Positions 47,301 to 56,906 of a stretch of DNA of 64,000 nucleotides are shown piece after piece. Position 1 is the stretch's first letter. Each line of letters opens with the position of its first letter. Source of the stretch: Bacteroidales bacterium. GTDB lineage: Bacteria; Bacteroidota; Bacteroidia; Bacteroidales; DTU049. The DNA is taken from NCBI GenBank assembly GCA_016937255.1, contig JAFGWG010000128.1, forward strand, positions 3,115 to 67,114, written 5' to 3'. The position numbers were made by a program, and so were the translations under genes. The notes below the pieces were generated by a model. It saw nothing but the letters and a program-made list of their open reading frames with translations. It made no database searches and was not told the origin of the DNA.

Positions 47301-48195
47301 ATTGAGTACAATAATCTGTTGCCGCAGAAGTGCTGGAGTTGAGATCGCTAATTCTTTGCCCAGGTCCGAGATCAAAATTTATAAAAAAGTAGTTTTCATC
47401 ATTAAACAAATTGTTTTCATGACTGAAGCTCATGCTGGCTGAATCATAATTCCAATATTGAATTCCATCACTATAAAACAAGATGTAATCTCCTTGGTCA
47501 AAACTGCCATCCGATTCACCTTCAACATAAATGGAATTCTCAATCAGGTCGTCGTAGCGTTTTTCGTTGTTTGCCTCAGGAAGCATATGAGGCCCATTCC
47601 CATAGATTCTGATGTTTTGGGGATTAATGCCTGTAGGATCTATTCCCCAACTTTCAACATCATCATAAGTGATGCGATGTATTCCATGTTGAGTGGTCGA
47701 TATTTTATACCATGTTCCACTTGATAAAACAGAATTGGCTGCAAAAATTTTCTGAGGAATATTGGTTTTTAGTGGTGCAGAATGTGTAGTAAATGTGATT
47801 TCATAATCCACAAGCATTTCAGTTTGTCCTGTTTGTGAATTTTTTCTGAGGCAGGATATATAAACCCCGGCATAATTTTGTTTTTTTATACTAGAAATCT
47901 GAGGGAAAACAGAAAAAGTATTGCTTAGCGCGTTAATTATTTCAACAGGAATTTCAGAATTGTTGATAATTTTTACCTCTTTAACAATGAGCTGAGGTGT
48001 GAATTCTTCATTTTGTGAAATTAAACCAAGATTTTCAAAGAAAAATGGCCTAGAATCAAAATCTGTAAATATACTTCCAGCCACAGGATAATCTGTGTTC
48101 TTTTCCGTACGGCTGCTCCCTGATAACTTATATTGCTGTGCTAGACTGCTTGCAATAAAGAATACAGAGATAAATATGGTGGCGATTATTCTCAT
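44377..48195 (-). CDS. porU: T9SS sortase PorU (C25 peptidase)
   Basis: SVLSSGTWYK, LLGDASYD, catalytic YTGHG and TATCEF, CTD NYPNPF. Confidence 0.96.
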   Translation of the reverse strand: MRIIATIFISVFFIASSLAQQYKLSGSSRTEKNTDYPVAGSIFTDFDSRPFFFENLGLISQNEEFTPQLIVKEVKIINNSEIPVEIINALSNTFSVFPQISSIKKQNYAGVYISCLRKNSQTGQTEMLVDYEITFTTHSAPLKTNIPQKIFAANSVLSSGTWYKISTTQHGIHRITYDDVESWGIDPTGINPQNIRIYGNGPHMLPEANNEKRYDDLIENSIYVEGESDGSFDQGDYILFYSDGIQYWNYDSASMSFSHENNLFNDENYFFINFDLGPGQRISDLNSSTSAATDYCTQFYDFRMHEVDQYNLLKSGKIWLGETFESVSSSQNFSFSLANLIPDSSVFVTAAVAGRASTATLFSLSSGTASNNISIPATSGYVNDYAKYSTGSIYINNSSSLISVNLTYNTGGNTEAIGWLDYIEVKAWRALSFAGNQMAFRNHKISGSGNIVEYTLSNAANVTVWDVSDPLHPRNVVGSLSGTDLNFRLNNDSLKEFMSFNGLLYYNVDYEGLVSNQNLHASPQTDYIIVSHSSFKSQANSIGQIHANLEGYSYLVVTPQEIYNEYSSGKQDPAAIRDFLKMFYDRAGSASELPRFLLLLGDASYDYKNRITNNNNLVSTFESRNSLSPTNSYASDDFFGLLDNNEGNDCSGNLDIAIGRLPINSIEEADAMVVKLQKYTSDTKLADGTFGCSSGECTISNMADWRNNICFVCDDEDGNLHLTQADRLAKKVDTTYNFLNVDKIYLDAFNQISTTGGERAPEVNDAIDQRVEKGALIINYTGHGGEVGWAHERILELSSIQNWTNSCNLPVFLTATCEFSRFDDPGRTSAGEYVLINPNGGGIALLTTTRLAFSTYNEALNTSFYEKAFDNSSGAYMTLGELTAYSKYDNGSIVYLRNFSLLGDPALTMSIPKNQIITSTINGINVAGYTDTVGALSKITVTGYIADPLGTKISDYNGTLYPTVFDKATTLTTLASNPESYETNFTLQKNIIYRGKASIVNGDFSFTFIVPKDIQYNYGAGRISYYAENGSTDATGWFEEFIIGGSSDSLIVDLDGPEIELYMNNDQFISGGLTDENPIFLAYLKDENGINTVGTGIGHDLIATIDNNTADAIVLNDYYEADINSYQSGQLMYPLKGISEGTHTLQLKAWDIMNNSSESSIEFVVSSSASLALSHVLNYPNPFTTYTEFWFEHNHPCCVLDVQVQIFTITGRLVKTINQQVQTNGFRAEPISWDGTDDYGSPLAKGVYIYRIRIKSEEGGYAEKSEKLVILK

Positions 48196-48407
48196 AAATC
48201 TGTGTTTCGGCTTAATAACAACGTATCTACAAAAATATTGTATATTTTTAATTTAACGCATTATTTTTAGGGCATCATTAACAAGTTGCGTGTCTTTTTT
48301 ACTTCTTTTTAGTTAAATCGTAACCTTTCCGCAAAAAAAAAGTATAAAAAATGTAATTAGGATTAGGTTTCATAAGAAATCTTTAATATTTTTGTCGTTA
48401 AATACAG

Positions 48408-49412
48408 ATGCATATGACAAAGAAGTTTATCAGGGTATTAGTAATCGCTGTTTTTTCAATGGCGTTTTATTCAATGGATGCTGTTGCTCAGGATCCACAT
48501 TTTTCTCAATATTATGCAAATCCGCTTTATATGAATCCTGCTATGGCAGGTACGCCTGTTTGCCCGCGCTTGATTATGAATTATCGTAATCAGTGGCCGT
48601 CTATTTCAGGGCAATATGTTACTTATAATGCTTCTTACGATCAGCATGTAGATGCTTTGTCGGGCGGTATTGGCGTTTTAGTAAATGTTGACAGAGCAGG
48701 AGAAGGAACTTTGAGCACAACCATGGCAAGTGGAATTTACTCTTATAAACTTGATATTGGTCGTAAGTTTTCTTTGAAAGCTGGTATTCAGGCTACTTTC
48801 TTGCAGAAAAGCCTCGATTGGGAAAAATTAACTTTTGGAGATCAGATTGATCCTCGTCATGGATTTGTATTTAATACTAATGAAGTATACCCTTCCGATG
48901 GTTTGGTTAAAACATTTGCCGATTTTTCAGCGGGTATGGTAGGGTATTCTGAGCGTTTCTACGCTGGATTTGCTGTACATCACCTTACTACTCCAAATGA
49001 AGGTTTTATCAGTTATTCCGAATTACCGATGAAATATACCGTACATGCCGGTGCCATTATCAGTATTGAAGGAGATAACAGTCGCAAGAGAACAATTGAA
49101 GAGACAAGTCTCTCACCAAATATCATGTTCCAGAAACAACAGGAATTTGAACAGTTGAATTATGGTCTTTATCTAAATAAATTTCCTTTCGTAGGAGGAG
49201 TTTGGTATCGTCATAATTTCGACAACTCAGATGCTGTGATCGTACTGCTCGGTTTTCAGCAGCAGGTCTTTAAGTTTGGTTATAGTTATGATTTAACTGT
49301 ATCTAAACTTACCAACGCATCTGGAGGGGCACACGAGTTTTCTTTGACCATTCAGTTCGAATGTTCACCAAAAAGGAAAAGGATTCGTGCAATAAATTGT
49401 CCTTCGTTTTAG
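48408..49412 (+). CDS. porP: PorP/SprF family T9SS outer-membrane barrel
   Basis: QDPHFSQYYANPLYMNPAMAG, NYRNQW, GYSYD, GAHEFSL; Cys-containing tail. Confidence 0.9.
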   Translation: MHMTKKFIRVLVIAVFSMAFYSMDAVAQDPHFSQYYANPLYMNPAMAGTPVCPRLIMNYRNQWPSISGQYVTYNASYDQHVDALSGGIGVLVNVDRAGEGTLSTTMASGIYSYKLDIGRKFSLKAGIQATFLQKSLDWEKLTFGDQIDPRHGFVFNTNEVYPSDGLVKTFADFSAGMVGYSERFYAGFAVHHLTTPNEGFISYSELPMKYTVHAGAIISIEGDNSRKRTIEETSLSPNIMFQKQQEFEQLNYGLYLNKFPFVGGVWYRHNFDNSDAVIVLLGFQQQVFKFGYSYDLTVSKLTNASGGAHEFSLTIQFECSPKRKRIRAINCPSF

Positions 49413-49422
49413 TTAATTGTTA

Positions 49423-49430
49423 TATATTTG
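49423..49430 (+). promoter_or_regulatory. Sigma-A -7 element TATATTTG for gldJ
   Basis: TAnnTTTG 19 nt upstream of ATG 49450. Confidence 0.65.
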
Positions 49431-49449
49431 AACCGTAAATCAGTTTAAC

Positions 49450-50925
49450 ATGTCAAATAGCAACAGGATTTTAAAAGGGTTTTTACTGCTGGGCCTCGTT
49501 AGTTTGGTGTTCTCATCATGCTATAGAGAGCGCTCACGCACTACTGCTTGGTATTACAACGATCCCAAATGGGGTGGTTTTGAAGTAGTACCTTATGAAG
49601 AACAGGAATCGGGACCAGGATTGGTACTCATCGAAGGTGGTACCTTTGTAATGGGTCGTACAGAACAGGAAGTTCCTTATAAATGGGATAATGTTCCAAG
49701 ACGAGTAACCGTTTCTTCATTTTATATGGATATGGCCGAAGTATCTAATGTAGATTACCGCGAGTATATTTACTGGCTTCAGCGTGTATTTGGAATTGAC
49801 TATCCGGAGGTAGTGAGACAAGCACTTCCCGATACGTTGGTTTGGAGATCACGACTTGGCTATAATGAACCATACGTGGAATATTATTTCAGGCATCCGG
49901 CCTATGCATTCTATCCAGTTGTAGGTGTGAACTGGGTTAAAGCAAACCGATATGCTGAATGGAGAACTGATCGTGTGAATGAGTATATTCTTATTCGCGA
50001 AGGGATTCTTAAAATCGATCCTAACCAGATGAATGAAGAAAACTTTAATACTGAAGCTTATTTGGCTGGGCAGTTTGAAGGTCTGGTAAAAAATGATTTG
50101 TATGATCTCGATCCCAATGGTGCAGGTACTCGTAAGGTACGTATGGAAGATGGTATCCTCTTGCCAAAATATCGTCTCCCTACCGAGGCTGAGTGGGAAT
50201 TTGCCGCCCTTGGATTAATTGGTAACACGCTTTTCGAGCGTGTAATTGAGAGAAGAATCTACCCTTGGAATGGACATATTCTTCGTACCGACTATTATAA
50301 ATCAATGGGTCAGTTTACAACCAACTTCAAACGTGGCCGTGGTGATAACATGGGTATAGCCGGTAACCTTAACGATGCAGCAGATATTACTGCTCCTGTT
50401 TACTCATATTGGCCAAACGATTACGGTTTGTATAATATGGCTGGTAACGTAGCTGAGTGGGTTCTCGACGTATATCGTCCTCTTTCATTTGAAGACTTTG
50501 ATGATTTTCGTTCCTTCCGTGGTAATGAATTTCAAACAAAAGTTCTTGATGATGAAGGTTTGATAGCTGAAAAAGATAGTCTTGGACGTATCCAATGGCG
50601 CCCTGTTACAGCTGATGAATCTGCTAGCAGACGTAACTATCGCTATTCTGATAATCGTAACTACTTAGATGGAGATTTTACATCTTCTATCTATTATTAT
50701 GATGAAACATATCAGGATGAAGAGAATGTTAATAAAGTGATGTATGAGTATAGCAAATCTTCTATGATCAATAATCGCGCTCGTGTTTACAAAGGTGGTT
50801 CATGGAAAGATAGAGCTTATTACCAGAGCCCAGGCGCACGTCGCTACTTAGATCAAGAACTTTCAACTGATTATATTGGTTTCCGCTGTGCTATGCACCG
50901 TGTAGGAAGTCCAATCGGTTTCTAA
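49450..50925 (+). CDS. gldJ: Gliding motility lipoprotein GldJ (FGE/SUMF1 fold)
   Basis: Lipobox FSSC, GPGLVLIEGGTFVMG, RLPTEAEWE, GFRCAM; divergent from porU and upstream of murF. Confidence 0.9.
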   Translation: MSNSNRILKGFLLLGLVSLVFSSCYRERSRTTAWYYNDPKWGGFEVVPYEEQESGPGLVLIEGGTFVMGRTEQEVPYKWDNVPRRVTVSSFYMDMAEVSNVDYREYIYWLQRVFGIDYPEVVRQALPDTLVWRSRLGYNEPYVEYYFRHPAYAFYPVVGVNWVKANRYAEWRTDRVNEYILIREGILKIDPNQMNEENFNTEAYLAGQFEGLVKNDLYDLDPNGAGTRKVRMEDGILLPKYRLPTEAEWEFAALGLIGNTLFERVIERRIYPWNGHILRTDYYKSMGQFTTNFKRGRGDNMGIAGNLNDAADITAPVYSYWPNDYGLYNMAGNVAEWVLDVYRPLSFEDFDDFRSFRGNEFQTKVLDDEGLIAEKDSLGRIQWRPVTADESASRRNYRYSDNRNYLDGDFTSSIYYYDETYQDEENVNKVMYEYSKSSMINNRARVYKGGSWKDRAYYQSPGARRYLDQELSTDYIGFRCAMHRVGSPIGF

Positions 50926-50950
50926 TGATTGTATTAAATTCTTTATATTT

Positions 50951-50979
50951 ACCCCTGTCTTTACTGGCAGGGGTTTTTT
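50951..50979 (+). terminator. Intrinsic terminator after gldJ
   Basis: ACCCCTGTC-TTTACT-GGCAGGGGT followed by a T tract. Confidence 0.8.
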
Positions 50980-50980
50980 A

Positions 50981-52267
50981 TTGGAAAATATGAAAGAACT
51001 ATATCAAAAATATCTAAAAGCTGGATCTGTATCTATTGATACACGCAGCATTTCTAAGGGAGAAATTTTCTGTGCGCTTAAAGGTGAGAATTTCGATGCC
51101 AATGACTTTGTTTATGAGGCATTATCTGTAGGCGCATCTTTAGTGATTACTCAAAATCCTGATTTCGAGAATCATCCAAATTGCTTTTATACAGAAGATT
51201 CATTGAGTACACTCCAAAAATTGGCGGAATACCATAGAAATCAGTTGTCAATACCGATTTTTGCTGTAACCGGCACCAATGGAAAAACAACTACCAAAGA
51301 ATTACTTCGGGAAGCATTATCTTGCGTGGGTAATACATTTGCTACGGTTGGAAACCTGAATAATCATATTGGTGTTCCTTTAAGTCTTTTGTCTATTAAA
51401 CCAGCACATAAGTTTGCCATAATTGAAATGGGCGCCAATCATATTGGCGAAATTGAAGCATTATGCAAAATTGCTGATCCTGATTTTGGACTCATTACCA
51501 ATATAGGGAAGGCTCATCTTGAAGGTTTTGGTTCATACGATGGCGTTATTCAAGCAAAAACTGAGTTATACCGGCATATTTACGCAAAGAATGCAACCGT
51601 TTTTGTGAATGATGATGATTCTTTATTGGTGTACGAAAGTGAAAAGCTAAATAAAGTCTTTTATGGACGAAAAGTATTTACTATAAATGTGGAATCAGAT
51701 AAAATGTTTCTGACATTTTCCTGGAAGCAGAATAACGTTGACTATGAAATAAATTCAAATCTAACGGGTTCATACAATTTGCCAAACTTTATGGCTGCGC
51801 TTGCTGTTGGCTTGCATTTTGGGGCTGATGCTGGCGAATTATCCAAAGCTCTTTCTTCCTATACTCCAAAAAACAAACGTTCGCAGATTGAAAAAACGGA
51901 GAGAAACACTCTTGTAGTCGATGCTTATAATGCAAATCCGTCGAGTATGGCTCTTGCACTTGAGAATTTTGCCAGTTTGAATGCTGAAAACAAAATTGTG
52001 ATTTTGGGCGATATGCTTGAACTTGGCGTAGATAGCCCCCACGAACATGAAGGTATACTAAAAATGGCTCTGAGTCTAAACTTCAATAGATATATATTTA
52101 TTGGAAAAGAGTTTGGTCGCTTTGCAAATCTTTCTACAGAGGCCAAGTTTTTTCTTCACGTAGATGATGCCAGTGCATTTCTTTCTCAAGAGAATATTTC
52201 TGATGCTCTCATTTTAATTAAAGGTTCTCGTGGTATTCGTTGTGAAAAAGTGATTCCAGTATTATGA
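50981..52267 (+). CDS. murF: UDP-MurNAc-tripeptide--D-Ala-D-Ala ligase
   Basis: VTGTNGKTTTKE, GNLNNHIGVP, DAYNANPSSM, GDMLELG, KGSRG; start is TTG 50981 or ATG 50990. Confidence 0.96.
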   Translation: MENMKELYQKYLKAGSVSIDTRSISKGEIFCALKGENFDANDFVYEALSVGASLVITQNPDFENHPNCFYTEDSLSTLQKLAEYHRNQLSIPIFAVTGTNGKTTTKELLREALSCVGNTFATVGNLNNHIGVPLSLLSIKPAHKFAIIEMGANHIGEIEALCKIADPDFGLITNIGKAHLEGFGSYDGVIQAKTELYRHIYAKNATVFVNDDDSLLVYESEKLNKVFYGRKVFTINVESDKMFLTFSWKQNNVDYEINSNLTGSYNLPNFMAALAVGLHFGADAGELSKALSSYTPKNKRSQIEKTERNTLVVDAYNANPSSMALALENFASLNAENKIVILGDMLELGVDSPHEHEGILKMALSLNFNRYIFIGKEFGRFANLSTEAKFFLHVDDASAFLSQENISDALILIKGSRGIRCEKVIPVL

Positions 52268-53340
52268 TTCTAAATGAGAAATTTTCAGAATGGGAATACG
52301 GATTAGGCTTAATGTCTGGAACATCACTCGATGGTGTCGATATGGCGTATTGTGGTTTTCGAAATTCAGAAGATGGTTGGAAATTCCAGATTCTGAATGC
52401 AAAAACTTTTTCTTATTCGGCTGATCTTCTGAAACTAATTAGGGAAATGCCTAAAATGAGTGCGGAGAACCTTATTGCGGCTGATCGAAGACTTGGGGCA
52501 TACTATGGCGAATTGTGCAGGAGTTTTAATGTTGATAATAATCTTAAGCCGGCATTCATCGCATCACATGGGCATACCATCTTTCATAATCCGTTAGAGG
52601 GATACACTTTTCAGGCTGGACATGGTGCAGAAATAGCTTCTCGAAGTGGAATTCCATGTATAAATGATTTTCGCTCTATCGATGTATCTAAAGGCGGACA
52701 AGGTGCTCCATTGGTTCCAATAGGAGATGAACTTCTTTTTTCAGAATACGATGCACTTGTAAATCTGGGCGGATTTTCCAATATATCGTTTCGGAAGAAT
52801 GGCAAAAGAATAGCATACGATATCTGTCCGGTTAATATGGCGCTGAATTATTTTGCAGAGAAATTGTCTTTGTCATATGATGAAGATGGAAAAATGGCAA
52901 GAGAAGGTGCATTGGATTTAATTTTGCTGAAAACACTACATGGTTTTTCCTATTATGCCAACCCGGCTCCGAAATCTTTAGGCAGGGAAGACTTTGAACA
53001 TAGATTTCTCCCTCTTATAGATGAATATTCAGGACTATCAGCAATAGATGTTCTCAGGACATTGACTGAGCATATCGCAATTCAAATTGCTGATTCAACA
53101 GCGGGGTTTAAAAATGTACTTTTTACCGGAGGTGGAGTTAAAAACAAGTTTTTAGCAGAAAAACTTCGTGAAAAACTGGGTGATTCAATGCATATACCAT
53201 CTGAATTACTTATTGATTATAAAGAAGCACTCGTATTTGCATTTCTTGGACTTCTAAGGCTTAAGGGTGAAATCAATATCTTATCGAGTGCCACAGGTGC
53301 TTCTTCCGATAGTTGTTCAGGAATGCTCCACTTGCCATAA
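52264..53340 (+). CDS. anmK: Anhydro-N-acetylmuramic acid kinase
   Basis: GLMSGTSLDGVD, SHGHTIFH, GGQGAPLVP, NLGGFSN, KEALVFA. Confidence 0.95.
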   Translation: MILNEKFSEWEYGLGLMSGTSLDGVDMAYCGFRNSEDGWKFQILNAKTFSYSADLLKLIREMPKMSAENLIAADRRLGAYYGELCRSFNVDNNLKPAFIASHGHTIFHNPLEGYTFQAGHGAEIASRSGIPCINDFRSIDVSKGGQGAPLVPIGDELLFSEYDALVNLGGFSNISFRKNGKRIAYDICPVNMALNYFAEKLSLSYDEDGKMAREGALDLILLKTLHGFSYYANPAPKSLGREDFEHRFLPLIDEYSGLSAIDVLRTLTEHIAIQIADSTAGFKNVLFTGGGVKNKFLAEKLREKLGDSMHIPSELLIDYKEALVFAFLGLLRLKGEINILSSATGASSDSCSGMLHLP

Positions 53341-53453
53341 TATATGGCGTACTTTTCACGTTATAATTAACATATTTGTGTTGACAATAATGCTCTTGTA
53401 AGAGGGTGATCTTGTCAAATAGAGCGTACTTTTATTGCAAAATTATAGTAACT

Positions 53454-54173
53454 ATGGTATTGAATGTCATTCTGCAAGTTGTGCAGACAGGAGACTCGGT
53501 TGTATCCGATACTTTGCAAAACTCGGCAACGACTGTTACTGAGACTGTTGAGAAATTGTCATTATGGGCATTGGCTGAAAAAGGTGGAATTATTATGATT
53601 CCTTTGGCGGCTTTGCTGGTTTTGGCTTTCTATATTTTCTTTGAGCGGTTTTTTGCAACAAACAAGGCGTCAAAAGAAGATGCTGGTTTTATGACCAATA
53701 TTAAGAATTATATATTTGATGGGAAAATTGATTCTGCTTTGGCTATGTGCAGAAGCCAGAATACTCCACTTTCGAGAATGATTGACAAAGGGGTTCAGCG
53801 CATTGGTAAACCACTTAATGATATTGCCGCATCTATAGAAAATGTGGGGAAACTTGAAATTGCAAAACTGGAAAAAAGCGTGGCATTTCTTTCTACTATA
53901 GCCGGTGTGGCTCCCATGATCGGATTTCTTGGTACAGTGACTGGAATGATTAACGCTTTCTATAACCTGTCTAAATCAGGAAATAATATCGATATAGGAT
54001 TGCTCTCTGGCGGTATTTATGAAGCTATGGTTACCACTGTGGCCGGTCTTTTTGTTGGTATTCTTGCGTATCTTGCATACAATGTTATTGTAGCCAGAAT
54101 TGAGAAGGTTGTTTACATTCTCGAAGCGCGTGCTACTGAATTTATGGACATTCTGAACGAACCTGCAAAATAG
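53454..54173 (+). CDS. exbB: MotA/TolQ/ExbB proton channel protein
   Basis: APMIGFLGTVTGMI and GIYEAMVTTVAGL motifs. Confidence 0.9.
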   Translation: MVLNVILQVVQTGDSVVSDTLQNSATTVTETVEKLSLWALAEKGGIIMIPLAALLVLAFYIFFERFFATNKASKEDAGFMTNIKNYIFDGKIDSALAMCRSQNTPLSRMIDKGVQRIGKPLNDIAASIENVGKLEIAKLEKSVAFLSTIAGVAPMIGFLGTVTGMINAFYNLSKSGNNIDIGLLSGGIYEAMVTTVAGLFVGILAYLAYNVIVARIEKVVYILEARATEFMDILNEPAK

Positions 54174-54181
54174 GAGTTCTT

Positions 54182-54601
54182 ATGAATATTAAAACCCGAA
54201 ATAAAAGAAGTGCGGAATTCAACAATGCCTCCATGTCGGATTTGGTATTCCTGCTTCTTATTTTCTTTATGTTGTTGTCAACATTGGTGAGCCCGAATGC
54301 CATTAAACTATTGCTGCCGAGTAGCAGTAGTGATAGACAAATAATTGAAGGAAAAAGAATTGAAGTTTATATTGATGAGAATTTTCAATATTATCTTAAG
54401 GACGTTCCGGTAGATAATAATGGATTAAAGCAAGGACTTACTGATGGATTATACGGTTCAACGGAAAGTTCTGTAATTCTTCGATCTGATGCCACTGTTC
54501 CCATTCAGTTTGCTGTGAATGTAATTGATATTGTAAACGGAATTAATAAAAAATATAATGCCAAGCATAAAGTGATTCTTGCAACAATTCCGTTGGAATA
54601 A
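54182..54601 (+). CDS. exbD: ExbD/TolR family protein
   Basis: SMSDLVFLLLIFFML TM with the conserved Asp. Confidence 0.9.
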   Translation: MNIKTRNKRSAEFNNASMSDLVFLLLIFFMLLSTLVSPNAIKLLLPSSSSDRQIIEGKRIEVYIDENFQYYLKDVPVDNNGLKQGLTDGLYGSTESSVILRSDATVPIQFAVNVIDIVNGINKKYNAKHKVILATIPLE

Positions 54602-54623
54602 TCGTTAATATAAGAAAAGAATC

Positions 54624-55346
54624 ATGGACAACAAGCGTAAATACAAATCGGCAGGCTTAACAGCTATTGTGAGCGGAGCAATTCTGCTTATTATGTTTTT
54701 ATTTGGATTCACTACAAAACTTCCTTTACCGGAAGAAGCAGGTGTGCAACTTGATGTCGATGGTGGCGGCGGCGGTGGTGGGGGATATGAAGAGTTTATC
54801 CCCGATGTGAGTGAAAATGTGGCCAATGGTGAAAATTATGTTACCGACAATAGTGATAATATAAATTACAATACCAGTACCAATCAAACCAACAATACCA
54901 ACAATAATACCTCCAATCAGAATACAGTTGACCAGAGAGTGACAAATTTTACTTGGGGTCAAGGAGGTGGAAACGGCACAGGTAATGGAACAGGTACAGG
55001 GAGCGGAAATGGAACAGGTACTGGAACGGGCACAGGTAGTGGTAATGGTAGTGGAGTAGGGAGTGGTAACGGACCTGCATTTAGCCTGAATGGTCGCTCG
55101 GCAAAAAGTCTCCCTCTTCCTAAATATACCGAAGATGATCAGGGAAAAGTTGTTGTAACTATTTATGTAGATAAAAATGGCAAAGTTACTCGTGCAGAAC
55201 CAGGAGCAATTGGCACTACTACTTCAGACCCGGGTTTGTGGGCGAAAGCTAAAACAGCTGCATTATTGGCAACATTTAGTGTGGATATGAATGCTCCTGA
55301 AGTGCAACGGGGAACCATTACTTATACTTTTATTAAGTTGAATTAA
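54624..55346 (+). CDS. tonB: TonB-family energy transducer with Gly-rich linker
   Basis: N-terminal TM, (G-X)n linker, C-terminal GKVVVTIYVDKNGKVTRA...QRGTITYTF. Confidence 0.8.
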   Translation: MDNKRKYKSAGLTAIVSGAILLIMFLFGFTTKLPLPEEAGVQLDVDGGGGGGGGYEEFIPDVSENVANGENYVTDNSDNINYNTSTNQTNNTNNNTSNQNTVDQRVTNFTWGQGGGNGTGNGTGTGSGNGTGTGTGTGSGNGSGVGSGNGPAFSLNGRSAKSLPLPKYTEDDQGKVVVTIYVDKNGKVTRAEPGAIGTTTSDPGLWAKAKTAALLATFSVDMNAPEVQRGTITYTFIKLN

Positions 55347-56905
55347 TCCTGCGGCGGATAATCAAGCGAGTAATGCAATCCTCGACTTTCTTTTCTGTTT
55401 TTTGCCATCTTAATAATAAGATAGGCCACATTAATAATATTTCTCAACTCACAGATTTCTTGTGTTACAATTGATTTCTTATACAGGTCTTCAGTTTCTC
55501 TGTATAGAATTTCAAGGCGATCTAAAGCTCTCTTTAAACGCAGGTTTGAGCGAACAATACCCACATAACTGCTCATTATCTGGTTAAGCTCTTTTTGAGT
55601 TTGGGTAATTAAAATCATTTCTTCGTTAAGCACAGTGCCTTCATCATCCCATTCGGGAATTTCATTTTTGAAATCAATGGCATCAACCTTTTCAAGTGCA
55701 TTGTTTGCTGCACGGTGACTGAAAACCACGGCCTCTAGTAATGAATTGGAAGCCAGTCGGTTGGCGCCGTGCAGACCGGTAGAAGATACTTCGCCGCTGG
55801 CATATAAATTGGTAATATTGTTCTGCCCGAATTCATTCACTTTAATTCCTCCACATTGATAATGCGCAGCTGGAAGAACCGGGATAAAATCTTTTGTTAT
55901 ATCAATGCCTCTTTCCATGCAATGATCGTAAATATTTGGAAAATGACTAAGAAGAGTCTCTTTGTCGATATGCCGGACGTCGAGATAAACGTGGTCTGAC
56001 CCTTTCATTTTCATCTCGTTATCAATGGCTCTGGCTACAATATCGCGTGGGGCAAGTGATTTTCTATCATCGTATTTTTGCATGAATTCGTTGCCGTCGA
56101 TATCTTTTAAAATGGCTCCCGCTCCACGCAATGCTTCTGTGATTAGAAAAGCGGGTTTCACATCAGGCTCGAAGAAAGCTGTAGGATGAAACTGAACAAA
56201 TTCCATGTGCTCTACGGAACCTTTTGCTCTATAGACCATAGCAACTCCATCTCCCGTGGCAATTTCAGGGTTTGTAGTGGTATGATAAACATTTCCACTT
56301 CCACCAGTGGCAATTAGGGTGATTTTTGCCAGATAAGTATCAATTTTTTCAGTTTTTGGATTTACAACATATGCTCCGAAGCAGGTTTTTTCTGAATTTC
56401 TTGAAATTTCAATACCAAGGTGGTGTTCTGTAATTAAATCAATAGCAAAATGATTTTCAAGAATAGTAATATTTGGATGAGCTTTAACTTGCTTGGTTAA
56501 TGCCCGTTGAATTTCTGCTCCGGTTTGATCTTTAAAATGAAATACGCGCTTTTCAGAGTGACCTCCCTCTCTGGCAAGATCGAATTCTCCATTTTCTTTT
56601 TTATCAAAATGAGTTCCAAGATCAATCAATTCCTGAATTCTTTCAGTGCCTTCTTCAATAGTGAAACGAACTACTTTTTCATTATTCAGTCCGGCACCGG
56701 CATCCATGGTGTCTTCAATATGCTTTTGCCATGAATCGGGTCTGTACATTACTCCTGCAATGCCGCCTTGAGCGTAATGAGTTGCTGTAAGATAGAGCTC
56801 AGATTTGCTTAAAAGAGTAACACTTCCTTTGTCTGCCACCTTTAATGCAAAACTCATTCCCGCAATTCCAGCACCCATGACCAAAAAGTCTGTGGTATAT
56901 TTCAT
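55343..56905 (-). CDS. nadB: L-aspartate oxidase
   Basis: GAGIAG, YAQGGIA, REGGHS, QFHPT, LAPRDIVAR, GLHGANRLASNSLLE, ESRGLHY. Confidence 0.96.
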   Translation of the reverse strand: MKYTTDFLVMGAGIAGMSFALKVADKGSVTLLSKSELYLTATHYAQGGIAGVMYRPDSWQKHIEDTMDAGAGLNNEKVVRFTIEEGTERIQELIDLGTHFDKKENGEFDLAREGGHSEKRVFHFKDQTGAEIQRALTKQVKAHPNITILENHFAIDLITEHHLGIEISRNSEKTCFGAYVVNPKTEKIDTYLAKITLIATGGSGNVYHTTTNPEIATGDGVAMVYRAKGSVEHMEFVQFHPTAFFEPDVKPAFLITEALRGAGAILKDIDGNEFMQKYDDRKSLAPRDIVARAIDNEMKMKGSDHVYLDVRHIDKETLLSHFPNIYDHCMERGIDITKDFIPVLPAAHYQCGGIKVNEFGQNNITNLYASGEVSSTGLHGANRLASNSLLEAVVFSHRAANNALEKVDAIDFKNEIPEWDDEGTVLNEEMILITQTQKELNQIMSSYVGIVRSNLRLKRALDRLEILYRETEDLYKKSIVTQEICELRNIINVAYLIIKMAKNRKESRGLHYSLDYPPQD

Positions 56906-56906
56906 G

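Noticed and set aside
49450-50925. FGE/C-type-lectin-fold protein as a DGR target or formylglycine-generating enzyme
   Set aside because: Sequence and synteny fit GldJ; I saw no template repeat or reverse transcriptase.
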